A DNA stretch of 63,407 bases, the filler included. It is 9 parts of 9 records of this genome, joined end to end, with 100 filler letters (N's around TTAATTAATTAA, not from the genome) between each part and the next. Parts side by side here need not be neighbours in the genome. Positions count along the whole stretch, not along the records: positions 9,186 to 33,158 come from SRR7504441_7209; positions 33,259 to 37,081 come from SRR7504441_7226; positions 37,182 to 41,873 come from SRR7504441_7227; 6 more parts are not named here. One strand, 5' to 3'. The notes beneath the pieces are model-generated. The model was not told where the DNA came from, did not search any database, and saw only the letters and a list, made by a program, of their open reading frames with translations. The translations under genes and the position numbers were made by a program. Each line of letters begins with the position of its first letter. The first letter of the stretch is position 1. Positions 24,238-39,073 of this stretch are shown piece after piece.

Positions 24238-25867
24238 ATGAGCATTGCGGAGCCGGACCGGCTGACGGAGGTACGTTGAAAGTGGCCCGTGCTCCTGGCC
24301 CGTCCTCAGTGGCCCGTGCTCCCTGATGGTGCGGATTCAGTTGCTCTCAAGTTCGTTTTTGACCTCGCCCCAGTCGGTGAGTCCGGCCGCAGGCTTGGGG
24401 ATGTTCCGCCCGGGTGTGTGCCGCCAGTGGCCTCCGCCGCCGCACGAGCTCAGCCCGCCGCCGCGGCTGCACTCATGGCCAGTGCCGCCACCGCTCCTGC
24501 CCCGGCCGCCGCCGCCTCCCGCGGTGCCCACCCGGACCGGCAAGAAGGCGCTGGCCGCGTTCTGGGAAGAGGTCCGGCGGTTGGCCGAGCCCAAGGACGA
24601 GTCCGAGTCCGAGCAGGAGGACGAGGAGGAATACGACGAAGAGTCGTCTGGTCAGGACGGCGCGGACCCTCTGGACGAGGTCGAGATCCGGTGGGCCGGG
24701 TGCCGGCGGGGACTGAGCGGCGGGTCAGGCTGGCGGCCAACCGGGCGCGGCAGCAGCGGCTGAAACAGGAGGAGGAGTCGTGACTGGCCGGGTCGGGCCG
24801 GGTTGCCAGCGCGGGTGCAGGCTGGAGCAGTTATGGGAAGCGCGGCTCAAGGAGGCCAGTAGGACTCCCGCGGCCGCGAGTGTGCGCCGCACGCGCCCAG
24901 GCCCTGGCCAGCTGGGGCAGGGCGGGTGGGATACGCCTCGGATACAGATGGAGATCGGGGTGCGTGTGGACAGGCGAGCGGCCGGCCGGGTCCTCTGAGT
25001 GGGTGCGTCAGGATGAAATCGGACCTGACCCGAGAGCTATGCAAGGAGCTGGCCCGGGTGCGAGACCAATCCGGCCTGCAGCTCCAGTCGGCGCTGCACC
25101 AGCCGGACGGCTCTTTCGATCAGCTTTCGGATGATATAGAGCAGCTGCGGTCGGCCAACCAGCAGCTGGAGGAGCAGCTGCAAGGCGTCCCGGCAGTAGG
25201 AAGACAGGACGGGCCTCAGCTTGAACGGGAGCTAGCCAACGCTCAGCTGGTGGCCTCCAGCCTGAGCGACCGCTGCTCCGAGCTGGAGGCCGAGCTCGAA
25301 CGTGTAATGCACACGAGCAAGAGCGATGCGGTGTCGCTATCCCAACCAGCCGTGCAGCAAGACAATCGAGTCGTTGTGTACAAGGACAGTGGCGAGTGGG
25401 CACGGTCACCAGCGCGCTCTGTGTCCAAGGTCCCGCCAACTACAACCAAATCAGCAAAGCCCGAGCCGGTGTCGCCCGAGCAGCTGGCAGCGGCAGGGCA
25501 GCTGGACCTCAAGGTGCAGTCAGCCCAGCGCAGCCTCGACATCGCACAGCTCGCGCTAGATAAAGTGAATGGGATCAGCCTAGCCGACCAGCCTAGCGAG
25601 CCTGCTGACATCGGGACCGAGTCTTGTGAGAGGTTGATGCTGCATTGGCGCGAGATGATTGAAAACCGGCGGACCGGGCACAAGCAGTTGGCCCAGGCGG
25701 CGGGCGAGGCCGACAGGCTGGCGAATAAGCTGCGAGCTGAGAAGATGTGGCTCGGGGAGGCGGTCGCCCGGCAAGCCGAGCAACTGAGGGCAGCAGCGGT
25801 AAAAAAGACCGAGGCTCTCGCTTTATGGGAATCGACGCAATACCCAGGTTTGGAGATGGGTGCTTAA
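24238..25867 (+). CDS. Hypothetical Pro-rich/coiled-coil protein
   Basis: ATG 24238, intron 24272-24340, then further short introns link ORFs 24326 and 24926. Confidence 0.5.
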
Positions 25868-26146
25868 TTAATGCGTGTGCACAATCATGCAAGATGGAGT
25901 CAGGACTCTTAAAATGATAACATTTAAAATGATTCTTGAAAGCCTCAATTATTAGATAAGCTTGCACTTTGAGGCACCCCTCGACACGCCTCGACCCCAG
26001 GCACTTCGCCACTTGATCATGACTCGATGACTCCAGCTGATTCATGATCACTTGACCAGACAGATTGTGAGAGCGGAGACAATCATCTTTTTTGAGGGAA
26101 CTTGTAAATATTTGTTTAATGTTTGTATACGAGTGCTATACGGGTG

Positions 26147-27434
26147 CTAGTTCTCAGCTTGAAACCACAACCACCAGTGCAGTATCTCCGACTTATCGGG
26201 GTTTGCGCTATCAAACTGCATCATCCAGCCCTCGCCCATAAGCCACAACAACCTAGGAAACCAGCTCGGGTCCACCAGACAGTTGATGCTAAGTACGGCC
26301 AGCTTTTGAAAGGTCAGCTCGAATCTATGCCGACCAAAGTGCGCTGGGTTGAGCTCGCTCGTTTTGAGATAGTCCAGGGTCGTATCTTTTCGACCGATCA
26401 GCTTGAGCTTACATCTTTCAGCCGCCCCTACCAGCTGATCGTTTTGGGCCCCCGGATAGGAACCGCTGTGAAACTTGTCTAGAAGCCAGCACATGTAAAG
26501 GAACCGCACCGTCGCGAGCGAGGGCACCCGACACCTGCCGGCTAGGCTACTTTTGATGTGGATACACGAAATCCAGATTCGCCGGCACCCGGTCTCTGCG
26601 CCAGGGCGCATGCACTTGAGTGCCATCCGGTACATATCCTGCCACGCACCGCTGATCAGTGCGGCCCTCAAGCACGCCCACCGTGTACACTCGGTCTTGC
26701 ATCTCTAGCTGGCCGTTCATCGAGCTCGGTACGTAATGTTCCACTGTATCCCAGAAGCTGACAGCGTCAAATCTGCCATACAGCCGCAGTTGGAGTTCTG
26801 TCGATCGGCATATCTGCTTCCAGTCGGTATATTCGACCTGCAGCCCGCGAGATCTGCAAATCTGGACCTGCGACCAAGACAGATTAATCCCACACACTTG
26901 GATGCCCCGCTCTGTCCTCAACCAGTCCATCCAGTCGCCACACCCGCATCCACAATCGAACACTCGCATTCCCGGTTTGAGCCCCAGCTGACTGAACGCG
27001 AACTCAAACTTATCGAGCTGCGCCTGCGCCCTCGACTTGGAGTAATCGCCGTCATAGAAGTTGAAGCCGTAATCCAGACCATCCCCAGTACCGTCCGAAT
27101 CCAGCCACCGGGATAGAGCGTATCCGCTCTCGATGCAGCCGGTCGCGCTGAACAGATTGCAATGCAGATAATAGTTGCCAAACTCGATGCTGATGAGGAT
27201 GGCAGGGTAAAGCAGCAGCATTCGCCAGCCGGTGGTGTTGATCGCCCAGCCGACGCCGGCCAGGATGGCCAGGTGCACAATCGTGTTCCACGGCTGCCAG
27301 AGGTCATAGACGACTAGCGGCACATCGCGCAATTGAAGCCCCGTTGCGGCCTGCTCCTTCGTGGCAGCACACGTCGGGAGCAGGCTCGGTCGCTTTGTCC
27401 GAACGCGATGTCCGTTGTTATCCCCGACATCCAT
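26147..27434 (-). CDS. SAM-dependent methyltransferase, cyclopropane-fatty-acyl-phospholipid-synthase-like, with N-terminal TM segments
   Basis: AQLDKFE, LGLKPGMRVFDCGCGCG, GINLSWSQ, FDAVSFWDTVEH; at least one intron; start uncertain. Confidence 0.7.
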
Positions 27435-27439
27435 CAACA

Positions 27440-28956
27440 ATGAAGCGCCTGGCTGGTGCAGTTCGGGCTCGGTGCCAGCGGCGGGCTCCTGCCTCTGGTG
27501 GCCGGCTGCCAGCGAGGCAGCTGGCCATTCAGCGCAAATCTAAGAGTGCCCAGCCCATCCCGGCAGTGACGGCCACCGACAAACTGACCGGCAAGTCGGC
27601 CGCACTGGACATCGCGCTGCAGCAGATCACCCGGGCGCACGGCAAGGTCAGCCCGACCGCCCTCCGGCCCGTCAGGCCGGGCCAGGGCGCACTGATGCGG
27701 CTCGACTCCAACGACGGCGTGAAGGACGTGCCAATCACCTCCACCGGATCGCTCGGGTGGGTCCGCTGCCGGGCCGGGCGGGAGGCCCTGGTGTCAGACT
27801 GGACATCGCGCTCGGAGTGGGCGGAGTCCCGGGCGGGCGGATCACAGAGATATTCGGTACCAGCCGGCGGGGGCGGCGCTCAGGCCCGGCAGGCCCGGAG
27901 GCGTCGGGCAAGACCACACTTGCACTGCACGTGGTGGCCGAAGCCCAGGCCAAGGGTCCACGGCCCCTACCACCGGGCGCCGAGCAGGCGGGCAGGCGGC
28001 ACTTGTGCGTTCATCGATGCGGAGCATGCGCTGGATGCCGAGTACGCGGCTGCTCTGGGCGTTGCGCATGACAAGCTGTACGTGGCTCAGCCGGACTCCG
28101 GAGAGCAGGCGCTCGACATTGTAGACACGCTGGTCCGGTCGGGCGCGGTGGACGTTGTCGTGGTTGACAGTGTGGCGGCGCTCACACCCCGGGCTGAGAT
28201 CCAGGGCGACCTGGGCGACCACCACATCGCGCTGCAGGCCCGACTTATGGGGCACGCGCTGCGCAAGATCACATCCTCTGTCTCCAAGAGCAAGACCACG
28301 CTCATCTTCATCAACCAGCTCCGCGAGAAGGCGCCCGGCCCGGCTGCCGGGCGTTTACATCGGGGCTCAGGTAGGGGTAGTGTTTGGCAACCCGGAAGTG
28401 ACGCCGGGTGGGAAAGCTCTCAAGTTTTACTCTTCAGTGCGGCTGGAGATTCGGAGGACTGGGCCAGTCAAGCGGGGGGACGAGATCGTGGGCAATGCGG
28501 TCAGGGTGAAGGTGCCCGGGGGCAACGGCGCGGGTGTCACTGGTCTCAGGTGGCTAAGAACAAGCTCGCGCCACCGTTCAAGCAGTGCCATTTCGATATC
28601 GAGTTCGGGCACGGCATTTGTCGTCTGGGAGAGACGATCGACATGGGCTGCGCCCAAGGAGTGCTAGCCAAGGCGCTGCCGGCCCGGAAGACTGGGCTGA
28701 GTGCGGCCAGGCTGGAGCTTGGATCCACTATGGCGACATTAGCCTGGGCCAGGGCCGCGAGAAGGCCAAGGATTATCTGCGAGAGAATCCAGAAGTTGCC
28801 AGAGAGGTGACCGAGTCTGGGCCGCTTCGCTCACCGGCTGGGCAGCTCGAGGAGGCCATACGGGCCCAGCAGCAGCCGGAACAGCCCGTCCCGAGCTTGG
28901 AGGAATCGGAGCAGCTTGAGGCTAGCGAGGCGCCTGGTACTGATGAGACCAAGTAA
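27440..28956 (+). CDS. recA: Nuclear-encoded organellar RecA (Arg-rich presequence suggests mitochondrion)
   Basis: [74 protein letters not shown]; eight spliceosomal introns of about 36-41 nt, two of them GC-AG (28331-28370, 28673-28710). Confidence 0.95.
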
Positions 28957-29308
28957 CCTTGAGCAAGGCAACGGTGTGCTAGAATATCGGCAAAATGTCG
29001 GCAGATAGTCGTAAGATAGTCGGTAGAGCTCATAGTTCAAGTGTTTTATCGCCTCCGGCTCAGCACTAAGCTTAGTTCAACACTAGCTCAACGCCGGTGA
29101 GACACCGGTACCTTACCGGTACCTAGATAATTATCGTAAGATTACAATTATCATGCAGTGCACCGTCGTGATACATGTACAATGAATTGTCATGATTGTA
29201 AAGGTCTGACATCCAGCTCAAGATTTATAAACAGAAAAGACAAAGAAAAGACTATAATCCTTGAGGACGGCGTGCGACGTTTGTGCCATCGATGAGCCCC
29301 AAATAGAA

Positions 29309-31170
<1,862 letters not shown>

Positions 31171-31519
31171 CGTCAGGGCATCCTCTGCAGCGACGCTGCT
31201 CGTTTGTTCAGCGAGCCGAGCCCCGAGCTTCAAACGGATTTTCAACGGACTCCAGTGAGCAGAGTGACAGTACAGCCGTACATAAATTGCAATCGCGTGA
31301 ATCCTATTCAAGTGTACATGTATACGAGTCTCGTACACGCATACCAGTTACATACCGGTATGTACGTGAATCCGTAAATAGAAAGCAAATTCAATTCCGC
31401 AATCCAATTGTCTGTACACATTACGAATTCAAATCTAGCGGGTGTTGCTCGTATTGAAGGTCAGCAAAGAACTGCTCTAGCCCACTTGTCAACGTGGACA
31501 CTAGTTCAGCCTGACACAA

Positions 31520-33158
31520 TCAGACACTCAAATAATAAAACTCAGGGATTGAATTAGGATCGAATGCCTGCAGCTTGCTCGGGTCGGCCTGCTTGCTGGG
31601 CGAGCGCTGCTGATGCGCCACCTGTACACCCACCGATTGCAGGCCAGAAACCCAGTTGCACTCATTACAGCTACAGTCTTACACGGTTGGAGTGAGTTAC
31701 CGCCTCTAAGTGCTGCTGCTTAGCACGCGCCTGACCAAGCGCTGCCTCCAGGTCGACCTGCATTCCCTGAATCAATAGTTTACGGATGAGCGCGTCAATC
31801 GCCTGCCGGGCCAGTGCTTTCCTTAGTGCAGCCTGCAGGGACACGGTACTGCCAGCCTGCGCCTGGATAGAGGTGAACCCCTGTTTTCAAGACCAGATCT
31901 GACCTCCAGTTGGCTGATGCGTGCTTCGCGCTCCCTCAGCTGCCCAGCCATGTTACTTTTAGTTACAAGGCAATCGTGTCACCTGCTGTTGAGCAGCCTC
32001 GGCCGACAGTGTTAGCTGCGTGAGTTGCTGCGAAACACCTTCCAGCTGCCCCCACATTCAATTCGAATGAGCATTGTCGTCAGACCTTCTGCTCCAGCCC
32101 AGCTGCCCGCGCCTCGGCCTGCCAGTCGGAGTCACGAGCTGTCTTCGATGTATCAACTCGCCTGTGCAAATCGGTCGGCTGCTTGCTGCCGCTCCTCAGC
32201 CGCCGCGTGTGACTGAGCCTAGCCAAGCCAATGACGAACGAATGGCTGAGGATCGCCTAACTAGGACTGACCTGCTCTGCGGCCTGAGCAGACCCTGCCT
32301 CAGCCACTTTACTCTGCAATCCGCAATGTCAGACTCGGAACTAAGAGGTGTGCTCGCCTCGAGTTGTTCTATCAATTCGGAGATCCGGCGGTCGCGCTCC
32401 GCCAGCCCCTGCTCCCGAATGGCGATCAGATCAATTCACAGGCGGCCAGTTGCCTGGTTTGGGAAGGCCTCCTGTCTACGCTCAGTCCGTGCCTGGGCCA
32501 GTTCCGTCTGCAATGATTCCACTCTCTGCTTCAGATACACGACCTCCTCGCCCTCCTCAGCCTGCCCAGCCATGCTTGAGTGGAACGTTCGAATCAAACC
32601 TTGAGCTTGCTCAGCTCGATCAAATACTCCTGTTGGCACAGAATCAGAACCTTTTTAGTATGATAAGCTAGTAATACCAACCTGTGCAATCAACCGCGCC
32701 TCGTGTGCCTCAGCCTTGGCCTGAAATAGCGGTTGTTAGGCAAGTGTGACCCACTCTACCAGCAGCCTGGGCTACTACAATATCCAATGGACCAAACCTG
32801 CTTGACCAACGGTTTGGCTTTTCTGTTGAGCACCCGAGCTTGGTCAAACTCGGCTACACCCCATAGCACACCCGACTTAGTTCCATCCATAGGCAGGCTG
32901 GCACCCTGCAGCTTGTGGAGTCGAGACTCTAATTGCGCACACCGGCCGCACGGCAACGCTACTGCTGCCACCGCTGATGTCTCTTCCTCTTCCTGCTCCT
33001 CTAAAGCTGGCTTCTGCGGCCGCAGTGCTGGAGCAGGCGCGCTCTTATCAGCTGCAGGAGTTGGCACAGCTGGGGCAGCCTCCTCCTCAACTGCAGGGGC
33101 CGTCACTACTGAGAGTACCCCCTCCTCGGCTCTGGGTGTGGGCTCTGCCGAAGCAGCC
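31520..33158 (-). CDS. Coiled-coil hypothetical protein, 5' partial
   Basis: Minus-strand E/Q/L/A-rich exons separated by short GT-AG introns; boundaries approximate. Confidence 0.45.
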
Positions 33159-33258
33159 NNNNNNNNNNNNNNNNNNNNNNNNNNNNNNNNNNNNNNNNNN
33201 NNTTAATTAATTAANNNNNNNNNNNNNNNNNNNNNNNNNNNNNNNNNNNNNNNNNNNN

Positions 33259-36200
33259 CCGGAGGGCCTGGCCGGCCGGGGTGGGCGGATACTGCAGCTG
33301 TGACATGATTCCGCAACCGCGCAGAGAAAACGGCAGCTGGCGGCAGCAGTGAGAGGAGACACCATGCCTGTGCCCTGGGAGGTCCAGCGGGGCTGGATGG
33401 AGGCCGTGTGGCTGGAGGACATCCCGCGGCTGGAGCAGCTCCTCGAGACCGGCCAGGCCCGCCCTCCCCGCCGGCCGCCCGCCAGCCCCGCCACAGGTCC
33501 CCATCGACTGCCAGCTGCCCTCCGTCAGCGCTGTGGGGGATGTCCCAGGTGCCCGCTCGGCGCTAGGACGCTCCCCGGCCGGCTGCTGCGCGGCCTGGAC
33601 TGGCCGGTGTGACTGGGGCGGGCGCAGAATTTATTCCGGAGCCTACTCTAGTTCGATGGAAGACTGGTGACCGCAGACTGCAGCGCTGACAGCAGCCCTC
33701 GGGGTGCAGGCGACACCGCGCTGCACTTTGCGCTGCGACAGCAGAAGCGGGCGTCCGTCGAGGTCGGGCCAGGGCTCGGGCGAAGGGTGAGCCCGGCGCA
33801 GTTGCTGGTGCGTTTGGGGGCGACCAAGGAAGGGGCGACCGTCACCAACGAGCACGAAGAGGATCCGAGGACTGTAGCCCAGACGATCGACGACTATTTC
33901 GACGCTGCCTCGACCGGCGACTTTGAGTCGATTGAGCCTCTTCTCGACCCGCACGACGAGGTGCGCCGCTGGTCGGGCGGACAGTCGTCAGCTGAGGTGT
34001 AGGTGCGGGTGGCGGTGTCAACTCTCGATCAGAATGATGCCTCCAAGCTGTTGGTGATCGCATGCAGGCTCGGCAGGCCTGCTCGCCCGGCTGAGAGTGC
34101 TGCGGCAGGATCGTTGCTGCCGATGCGCGTGCCTCAACAGCTAAAGTGCGCCCCGCTGATTATCGATCGGGCGAGCCATTGGCAGGTCCAAGTAGCAGCA
34201 GACACGGGCCAAAGCTTCGGCGAGAAGGTGGCCGTGAATGCCCCTGCAGCCTGATCGGATCCGGGCCAGGTTGCCAGGAGCATTCCTGCCAAGTGGGATG
34301 TGGGCTGCCAGTCAAGTCGGGTCTTTGACTGATTGCAGGTTCACGAGCTGCTTGTAGACCGGCCCGAAGGCGGCAGAATCGCGTTCGACCCCTCCACTAG
34401 CAGTGCGTTTGCCCAGCATAGCTGCATCTGGCCGGTGATTGTCTGTGCAGCCCGCACTTTGGAGCAAATGGACTTCCATTCGGGGTGCGTTGTCTTCCTA
34501 GTCCGCAAGCCACGGCCGCTCAAGATCGTGCTGCGCGGGTGCGCTGCAGGCTAGGCCCGCGCCCGAGCTTGTTCACCGCAGATGGGACGCGATGGCCATT
34601 GCGACCATGAGCTCGCCCTCGGCCCCATTCGCCGATGCCCAATTCGAGTTCAGGGCCCATCTCGTAAGCCAGTGCTAATGCCAGCGGTGCGCGGGCTAGC
34701 GGTCGGCAGGTACATAAATATTCCTGAACTGTCGGAGGAGCTGCCTGCAGACCCAGTGCGAAAGCTCACCGCTGAGGTGGGCACTGCTGTGCTACTGCAG
34801 ATCACGAGCCTGGGGTAGGTTGAAAGCCAGTTTGGGATAGTGCCTTTGGATCAGAAGTTGATGGCCCAGCTGATGGAAACCGACAACGCCCGACTGGCCA
34901 GGCACCAGGGCTGCAACGGCCTGCCTGATTCAGTGCAGGCTGAGAGTGGCGTATGAGGCGGCTGTTGAGTCCAAGGACAAGCATGCCGAGGACATGGCCA
35001 AGCAAGCTGTGGATACCTGCCAGGAGGCAATCAAGGCCCAGGCCGACCTGTTGTATGACAAAATCGAGGGCGACGGCGAGCAGGCATTTGACGGTGGGTG
35101 TTTTGTGTTCAATCTGTTTGCCCCAGCGATAGCCCTAGCCCTGACCCTGGCCCTGCCATTTTGGTGTGAATGGTCAGCGCTGCGGTTTGGGTATAGAGTT
35201 AGCGTTAGGGTTAGCAGGCGTTCAGATCTTTGACGGTGGGCTTGTTGCGTCGAATTCAGCGGGTCGGCCAGGCTGACTGGTGGTTGGTTCAGGGGAAGTG
35301 ATGCATCAGAAGAGCTTCAGTGATTATGCATTGATCAATTATCAAGAAATCCTAATCGAGCCTATCAAACTGTCAGTATTATCATGGCTAGTATAGCTAT
35401 CAAGAGCCCTGTGGCTCACTGAGCCATTGCTAGGGGGGAGTACAGACAGCCTGTGGTGGATGACGAACCAGTAGTGCAGAGCAGCAAAGAGACGCAGCTG
35501 GTCGAAGAGGTAGCCAGTGCTGTGCCTTGCTGGTTGGCTCACAGGCACACCCTAAAGGTTGCCCCACCGCTGCCACCACTCAACTACGGAGTCACACCTG
35601 GCGACAATGCGGGCGCTGCATTTGTCAAGTCACGATACTCTGAGAGCTTGGCGGTACCAGCCGCTGTGCCACCGCCCGTCTGGAGTGGTAAGCGGCTGGG
35701 TGGATGGTGATTGAGGCTGGCTGTAGACGAAGAGATTGTGGCTTACGGGAATCTGAGCACAAGCCACTGGGAAGAGCAATTGCTGCACAACCCTCAGGCG
35801 CCTTCTTAAACGAGCAAGCCCCGCGGCTTGGCTTGCTTGATCAGGAGCTGATCTCTTTGCGTGCAGGACGCGTACGCAATGCGCCGTTTGGGACGAGGGT
35901 ATCTGGCCTGTGGAGAGCAGACTAAGGCAGCCGAGCTCTTCAGCCAGGCACGCCCTGCTCGGTTGCTCCAATGCAAGCCTCTGCTGCAGGCACTCGCAGT
36001 GGACCCGGAATATTTCTACGCCAAGCGCGACCTCGCAATCGTCAAAGCGCTCCAGGGCGACAGCACCGAGGCACTGTTGCTGCTAAGACAGGTTCTGGGA
36101 GCGCTGTAGTCGATGATTCAGGAGTCAGGTTATATCTGATCACGATGGCCGTTACGCGCAAGCCTGGAGCGACATAGGGGACATCCTGGCATCTGAGGCC

Positions 36201-36805
36201 GGCTGTGGTCGGGAGTTTGCTGAGTGATGATCTGCAGGGGGACTGGGATGGTGCACGGGAGCACTACTCGCGCGCTATCGAGCTGGATCAAGGCAGAGAG
36301 CTGTCCACTACAGCTACTGTCGTGCCGACTACAAGTGCGGAGCCGGATCTGGGCGGCTGCTCAAGGGAGGCCAGGTGGACGGGTGGCGGCGCTGCGTGGA
36401 CTAGGTTGCTGCGAGTGCGCGAGCATGCGTGTGGAACAGGGAATACAACTGCTCGAACAGGCGACTGGCCCGTGAATTATTGTTTCCTTGCACAGACAGT
36501 CTTCTAAAACATTGGCGCAGGCGCTTCGGGAGGCTCCAAACGACCACGCCACGCGCCAGATGCTCGAAACGGCTCGTGGCCGGACTATGCAACTGGGCGA
36601 CCAGGGTTGGCGGGACCAGAGAATGCTTGCGCTGCTCGCTAGTCAGATGCTCGCGGTGGATCCGACCAAGGCAGGGCTAACTGCCAATTTGATGTCAACT
36701 GGGCTACGGACGGGGAAGGAGGATCCTGCGACCATGCTCCGGCTGGGTAGCGCCCTGTTTTTGAAGCAGGGCTCTGCCAGTGCCCCCACAGAGACTCTGT
36801 TCTAG
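33259..36805 (+). CDS. Ankyrin-like plus TPR-repeat protein, 5' partial
   Basis: GDTALHFALRQ (ankyrin-like); ALAVDPEYFYAKRDLA and GDWDGAREHYSRAIELD (TPR-like); many short introns. Confidence 0.55.
35087..35240 (+). repeat. Duplicated splice-donor region flanking degenerate telomere-like repeats in both orientations
   Basis: tttgacggtggg at 35087-35098 and 35229-35240; CCCTRN x4 at 35133-35156; TTAGGG-like run at 35186-35214. Confidence 0.65.
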
Positions 36806-37181
36806 AGTTCTATACGCGCATTAGAGGGTTCAACTAATTACTCACTAATTACTTACTTACAAGTACGCATGATTGTAACTGACATGTAACTGACCGAATT
36901 AGGGCTCCCGTGGTTTCATAACCGTCCTTGTAAATCAAAGAGCCAAACCAACAATTGATTCTTCTCAATGTTTAATAACGTTGCTTTTACGTATTAAAGT
37001 GCGTAAACTTATTATACAAACTTGAGCACGCTCAGCGGTCAGCACTTTCGCTCACCGATTATCCACAGCCCCCGCCCCGAANNNNNNNNNNNNNNNNNNN
37101 NNNNNNNNNNNNNNNNNNNNNNNNNTTAATTAATTAANNNNNNNNNNNNNNNNNNNNNNNNNNNNNNNNNNNNNNNNNNNN

Positions 37182-37924
37182 GCGGATTCAGAACCATGAA
37201 CTTGCCTGGCCAGCCCAGCTGGCCCGGAGCCACTCCAGTGGCGCACCGTGCGACTTTGACTCGCGAGCCAGCCCAATCAGCCGCTCGAGAGGCTCCTGGT
37301 GCAGCGCAGCGGCCGCAGCGGCCATCTTCTCTTTGGGGAAGGCCATCTCCATCATAGGGGCCCGCAGCCGGCGCGGCAGCCGCTCCAGCGCCTGACCCAC
37401 CTGCCGCCGACTCAGTTGGTGGCACCGACCGGCCACTGCACCTCGGCGGCGCCTCGGCACTGGCGGAGCCACGTTTTGATGTCGGCGAGTGGCATCAGTT
37501 TTGGGTCCATTGACGCCCGCTGCGAGGCTGCCCGGTGAGACGACCGGTTGGTCATCGGTGGGGCCGGCTCGGTCTTGCTGGTCACCCCAGCGGCGGCCAG
37601 CGGCACGGCTGGCACGCGCCGGCGGGCCTCGTCGGGTGAGGGTGGCGGGTCGGTCCGGGGGGTGCGGCTGGCGGCCTCGGCCTGCTCGAGGGCTTGCCGG
37701 AGCTCGACTGCCACCTCGGCACGGGGGGACGGGTTGGCCATGGTGTCGGGCTTAGGATCCCGGAGCCGGTCATCCTTCCCGAACGTCGTCATCTCTCCCC
37801 GCAGTCTCCCCCCATTCTCGATCCTGTTCCAAATCAGTCGAACCCTGAGCTCATGCAATGACCAGCTGACGGGGATCCCGGCGGCCGGCGCATAATTATG
37901 GGCGAACATTGGAGGGGGTGGCAT
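37182..37924 (-). CDS. Hypothetical protein, probably 3' partial
   Basis: ORFs 37412-37993 and 37188-37472 link through a short intron; start uncertain. Confidence 0.35.
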
Positions 37925-38084
37925 ATGAGTGTAGTCTCTATGTAGCCTCGGCGGGACAGTTCGGTCTTGGAATCGACACTGCTGTCGGGGCAAAACCGAC
38001 GGTAACCCGGCCGGAACTTCCCCAACTTTGCTATTGTTTTAAGGCGTCGCTTACGGTGACACATTTTATTTCGTAATAACCGCG

Positions 38085-38993
38085 TCATAACTGCAGGCCG
38101 CCGTCGATACCGATCACCTACCGCCACCACTCGAGGCGTGGCCGGGCCCGGTTCGGACCTGCCCGTTGATATACCTCGCTGCCGGCGAGGCCAGAAAGCA
38201 GGCGAGCTCGGCCACCTCCTACCAGTCCCGCTGGCCGTAGCAAGCCCGGTCGGCGCACCTCGGCCTCCCCGAACCGCCCGGCTGGGATTCTGCCCCTGAT
38301 CGCCTCCTTGGCCTCGTCTGACAGTGCTGCCAGCCTAGTTGATTGCGTCATGCAACCGGTGCACCGTCGGTCATGTCAGTGGCGATGAACCCCGGCCGGA
38401 CCAGATTGCACCGGATCCCCCAGTGCCCCACCTCGGTGGCCAGCGCCCGAGTCAGCCCCTCCAGTCCAGCCTTGCTCGCCGCGTATGCCGCTTGCCCAGG
38501 GCTGCCCCCGCCTGCCCCGCGCGTCAGCCTCCTCTCCGCCAGCGGACGCACCGGCAACCACGCTGCCCAGGTTGATGATCGCGCCGCTCCGCTGCCGCAC
38601 CATCGGCTTGAGTGCGGCTCTGCACAGCCACAGCGGCCCGGCTAGGTTTGCGGCCAGCGTCTGCTCGATCAGCTCCGGGGCCCCTCGCACCAGCAACCCA
38701 TCGTGGCACACCCCCGCCGCGTTCACCAGGACGTCAATCCGCCCGGCCGCCGCCAGAAGCTCCGCCACCGCGGCCTCCGCATCGGCCCGGTCGGCGACGT
38801 CGAACGCCACGCTTCGGTGCCCCGCCGACACGCTGGCCAGCCGGTCCAGGCTGGCAGCCAGGGCCGGGCTCGGCCGGCGGCCAGCCAGCGTGACGGTGGC
38901 CCCCGCCTGTGCCAGCCGGAGCCCGATCGCCGCCCCGATCCCGCGCGAGCCCCCGGTCACCAGCGCCGTGAGCCCAGATAGAGGCTGCAGCAT
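38085..38993 (-). CDS. Short-chain dehydrogenase/reductase, 3-oxoacyl-ACP reductase (FabG/CBR4)-like
   Basis: [41 protein letters not shown]; four short introns. Confidence 0.9.
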
Positions 38994-39073
38994 TGCAAAA
39001 GCTGTCCGCGGCCGTCAATTTTTTTTTATTCACGCGCGGACAACCTGCTGTGCACCCCACGCGCGGGAGTCAG

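Noticed and set aside
27440-28956. recA as bacterial contamination or a frameshifted pseudogene
   Set aside because: Every frame break is explained by a ~40-nt spliceosomal intron, and there is a targeting-like presequence.
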